Assembly: GCF_964204645.1 (NCBI RefSeq)
Contig: NC_134028.1
Span: 10,726,001-10,790,000 of the forward strand
Reading direction: 5' to 3'
DNA length: 64,000 bases
Source of the DNA: Tubulanus polymorphus
Lineage: Eukaryota > Animalia > Nemertea
The notes under the pieces were generated by a model. That model searched no databases. It saw nothing but the letters and a program-made list of their open reading frames with translations, and was not told the origin of the DNA. Shown here piece after piece: positions 60,440 to 64,000 of this stretch (the first letter of the stretch is position 1; the number at the start of each line of letters is the position of its first letter). Both the position numbers and the translations under genes were made by a program.

Positions 60440-63400
60440 CTTTAACAAAGAAATCGTTATTATATTTTCTTTCTTCATTAGGGTAAGTTATCATACACTA
60501 TCGCACACTAATGTTAAACCTGTAAGATGAATATTCAGGTCTCCAGATATGATGAACTAGTGTATGGCTACAGCGTGACACATACAGATGCAAACTGAGT
60601 ATTCAAGAACTGCTAGTGTATGTTAACCCTAATAGTACCATTGATCCACCAGAATCCTACTTAGTGCTAGTTCTAATTGCAGAGCAAAATTATATTCTCA
60701 ACTAAAACACTTAGCAAATTATGGCATGAGTGAACGTTCAATGTCTCTCTGTTTAATGTTGCTTGAATATAGCCCACATATTCAAACGAAAGTCACCTAA
60801 TTCTTTAAAGGGTGGTGTTACTTAAGATTACTTGCCCCTTATAAAGGTCAACATAAGCGGGAAATAAAACTGCAAATCAGTTTCATTAGCTGAAAATCAA
60901 GCAGAGCAATGCTACACCGATTGGTTTTTCGTCACTTGCATCCGTATGTATCACGCTATCGGAGCCTGACATAACCTATGGCTAGTGGATATACTGTCCA
61001 AATCATTATGACCCTTTTATTTAAAATTTGGTCAAAAGCTATTCATTTGCCCCTTTTGATAGTTGGCATCCCTGGATCCATTATTGTCCCTTATTGTTCT
61101 CATTGTAATTGGTCATAGGTAGTTATCAGAGTGAATTGATCATGATAGTGTTTGGGGACTACCTTCAAATCCTAAGCTATCGGGCTATATAAAACATAAA
61201 ATATATGTCACACCTACCATGAAATGAGATAATTAATAGAGACTGTATCACATCAATTCTGACAATATAAAATTTTTACACCCCAAACCAGTTGTCAGAA
61301 ATGGAAAATAGCTTTTTACATATTAAACTAGCAGTCCAGGGAAGCCAAGCCCATTTGGGAAGTGCCCGAAAATCTGACCATTTCAATATTCAACGAATCC
61401 CATTGAACACAATGACCTTGAAACTCGCCACTATCATAAAGCATAAGCCACAACTTGTCAATGGGGTACCCATAACGCTACTGCGGCAATCGAAGATTCC
61501 ACGTATGGCAGGCGAGGATCTGCCAGTGATTGCTCGGTTACCGCACTTCAATTTCTTCTACATTTTCAAATAAATTTGGGTTATTTTTTCTCATTAGTAA
61601 ATCAGTTTCTAATGAAACCATTCATACACTTATTGGGAACGTCAATCTTATATCTATTTGATGACTTATTTGACATTTCCATTTGGGAGCCTAAAAATCC
61701 AGTTCAAAGTTCATTGAAAATGAACTAATTTTCATTACTTATAACTGAGAGTATTGTAGCGCCATCTGGTTTGTGCCGATACCCCATTGAATGTTGTAAC
61801 AAAATATGAACTTAATTCCATCATTCGCCAATGACCGAAAATCACCAAAATCATAGAAAGTTTCATGATCTCCAACTTCACCATTCATTTTGATCACAAA
61901 ATATGCATACCGGTAGGTACCAATATAAATTGAATTATCCATACTATCAAGGGGGAAACTCCCATTGTTTCCTATGCAGTTTGTGGGAAATCTATCCATT
62001 GTTCACTGATAAAATTTGGCATGTACATAGAGGAAGAGTTTGTCATATTGGAGATAATAGTTTTATTTTGGTCCTGGGTCCGAATCTACCTTAATTTAGT
62101 CACTCAAATTCCCAGCATATTCCTGATATTGCCAGCAGATGGCGATATGTATGAGTGTACTGCATGTCACTAAGTGACTGCGTTGCTGTGTTGTGTAGGA
62201 TGTTGGACTTTGACACAGTAATTGTATACATTGCACCCAATTCTTTTGAACCAAAAGGGTCACAAGACAGCCGGCTTGATTCTAGTCGACCCAATATCTT
62301 TTGTGGTGCTAGGTGATACATATACATACCAAACTTCAAGATAATTGATCAAAGCAATTCAAAATTTCCCATGAAAACTTAAAATGTATACATAAGGCCA
62401 AAAAAAAATTGATACCTTGTTTCTCGTTCCCCAGCGGGGTTGATAAATCGACGGCAAAACTCGTAGAAATAAAATTCTATTCTAGGCCTAGAGTTAATAC
62501 CTTCTTTTTATGATGAAATAAAAACAGGCCGGTGGGTCAGTTTAAGTAGTATATCATAACGATCGATGCGGAATAGCGCAAGGTCCAACTACAACACTCC
62601 CAGTCCAGTATTAAGCTGTTGTTCCGGAACCCATAACAACAACAAATTGTATATAAGTACTGATTTTTCCGAAAGTCATTGGCCAAGTTGACTATCTTGA
62701 CTCGGATCGGGCCAGCAGGCCTCTAGGGAAGATGCATACATAAATAAATCGATACAAGGCCATACATCAAAGCAGATTGAAGACTTCCCAAGGAAACCAG
62801 ATTCTGTCTACAGTGGAATGGATAGACTTCCCAAAGAAACTAAATTCTGTGTACAGATGAATGGATAGATAGACAATGGCAAAAAATGAACACAATAGCC
62901 TGCTGGGGCTTTGCCCAAAGTGGGCTAAAATGTTCCAAATAAAAGTTTGTTACTAATGTTATGATTGTGACAGTATATGTGTGCCATAGACATTTAATCT
63001 TGCCCATAAGTGACAGCTGAAATAGAAGAAAGGTTTCAGAAAGAAGTCATGGGGACCTGAAGATATTATGTCATGCTGTCATAAAACCTATCATGACATT
63101 TGTATATAATTACAAATTACCACAAAGAAAGTTGTAAGTAAATTAGAAATTATTGCTTTTGCTTTTAGGTTGCCACCAGAGGCGTTAATATCAATCCAAC
63201 TACCATGAGTAAGCAGTATTTAATCATCTATATCTATGACTTATAGATTAGAGCCCTTCAAACCGAACAATTGAGAGCCATTCACTGAGTACCTTTTTCT
63301 GATCCCGGTTTTATGTCAACGTCTGTAAATATTTGATAACAAGAAACAAAATTCTTAATATGAACATTCCCAAATTTACATGGTGCATGTTTAATCCATA

Positions 63401-64000
63401 CTATCAAGATTATAACATCAGTGGGTATACTTACCTTTCTATTTAAAAGTTTTTGACATTGAGAATTCATGAAGAAATTGGAATTTTCAAACATTTGGGA
63501 AAAAAGAACTGTAAGCCTCAGGCTGGAGAGTTATAGCTTGAGTTATCATATTCCAGTATGAACAATATCTTATGGTAGCACAAACATTAATAAATACTTC
63601 CAATTTATCGATAAGTCTCAATCACTTGCTTCATTATCGAATAAAATTTAATTCAACTAAATTTGTATTTTTGAATGTAATAAAATCGAAATTGAATTGG
63701 AATATATGAAAGCATCAAAAGAATTGAGCAATTACAGATAATTTTGTGACGTTGTGATGATTAAAGGTTCATTAATGATAGGAGGTGGGTGTGATATTTA
63801 CTTAAACGTTTAAAAAAAAAAAACGAAAAAAATTTCCCGCATTTTGAATTTAAATGAAATATGTAACATTTCTGGAAAAAAACAGTGTTGTAACGTTTCA
63901 GACAGCTTTAAGTCGGAAAATTGGCTCAGTCAGCAGAAATTCTAAGGTCCAGATTTTTTCAGTTCTTTTTTCTATCAAAATCTGCCTCAAAGTCAGATTC

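Noticed and set aside
63436-63509. Possible upstream/alternative GFAT exon (AG...AAG|GTAAGT on - strand)
   Set aside because: No GFAT similarity, and the open frame is phase-incompatible with the 60439 acceptor

Overview
Eukaryotic (invertebrate metazoan-like) genomic DNA. The first 40 kb is a nest of mobile elements. It holds a terminally complete but internally decayed Polinton/Maverick (polintovirus) at 18508-40217, with AGT...ACT TIRs and a 6-bp TSD GGAATG. Next to it, head-to-head, lies a second, partial Polinton copy on the minus strand (~136-18260). Inserted into these are an AcademX DNA transposon (8211-15846), a tandem Helentron-like dimer (1610-4293) and Penelope retroelements with hammerhead motifs (1-127; 29722-34359). 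Three features stand out. (i) The protein-primed DNA polymerase carries a LAGLIDADG intein in its catalytic YxD|TDS motif, resembling giant-virus PolB inteins. (ii) Inside the AT-rich Polinton is a ~290-nt GC-rich, strand-specifically structured putative RNA with two GGCGCC palindromic loops and a TTTT end. (iii) A TAAATG motif starts almost every Polinton gene. The rest of the window contains a decayed L2/CR1-group LINE, several MITEs and the 3' exons of a host GFAT (GFPT) gene on the minus strand.
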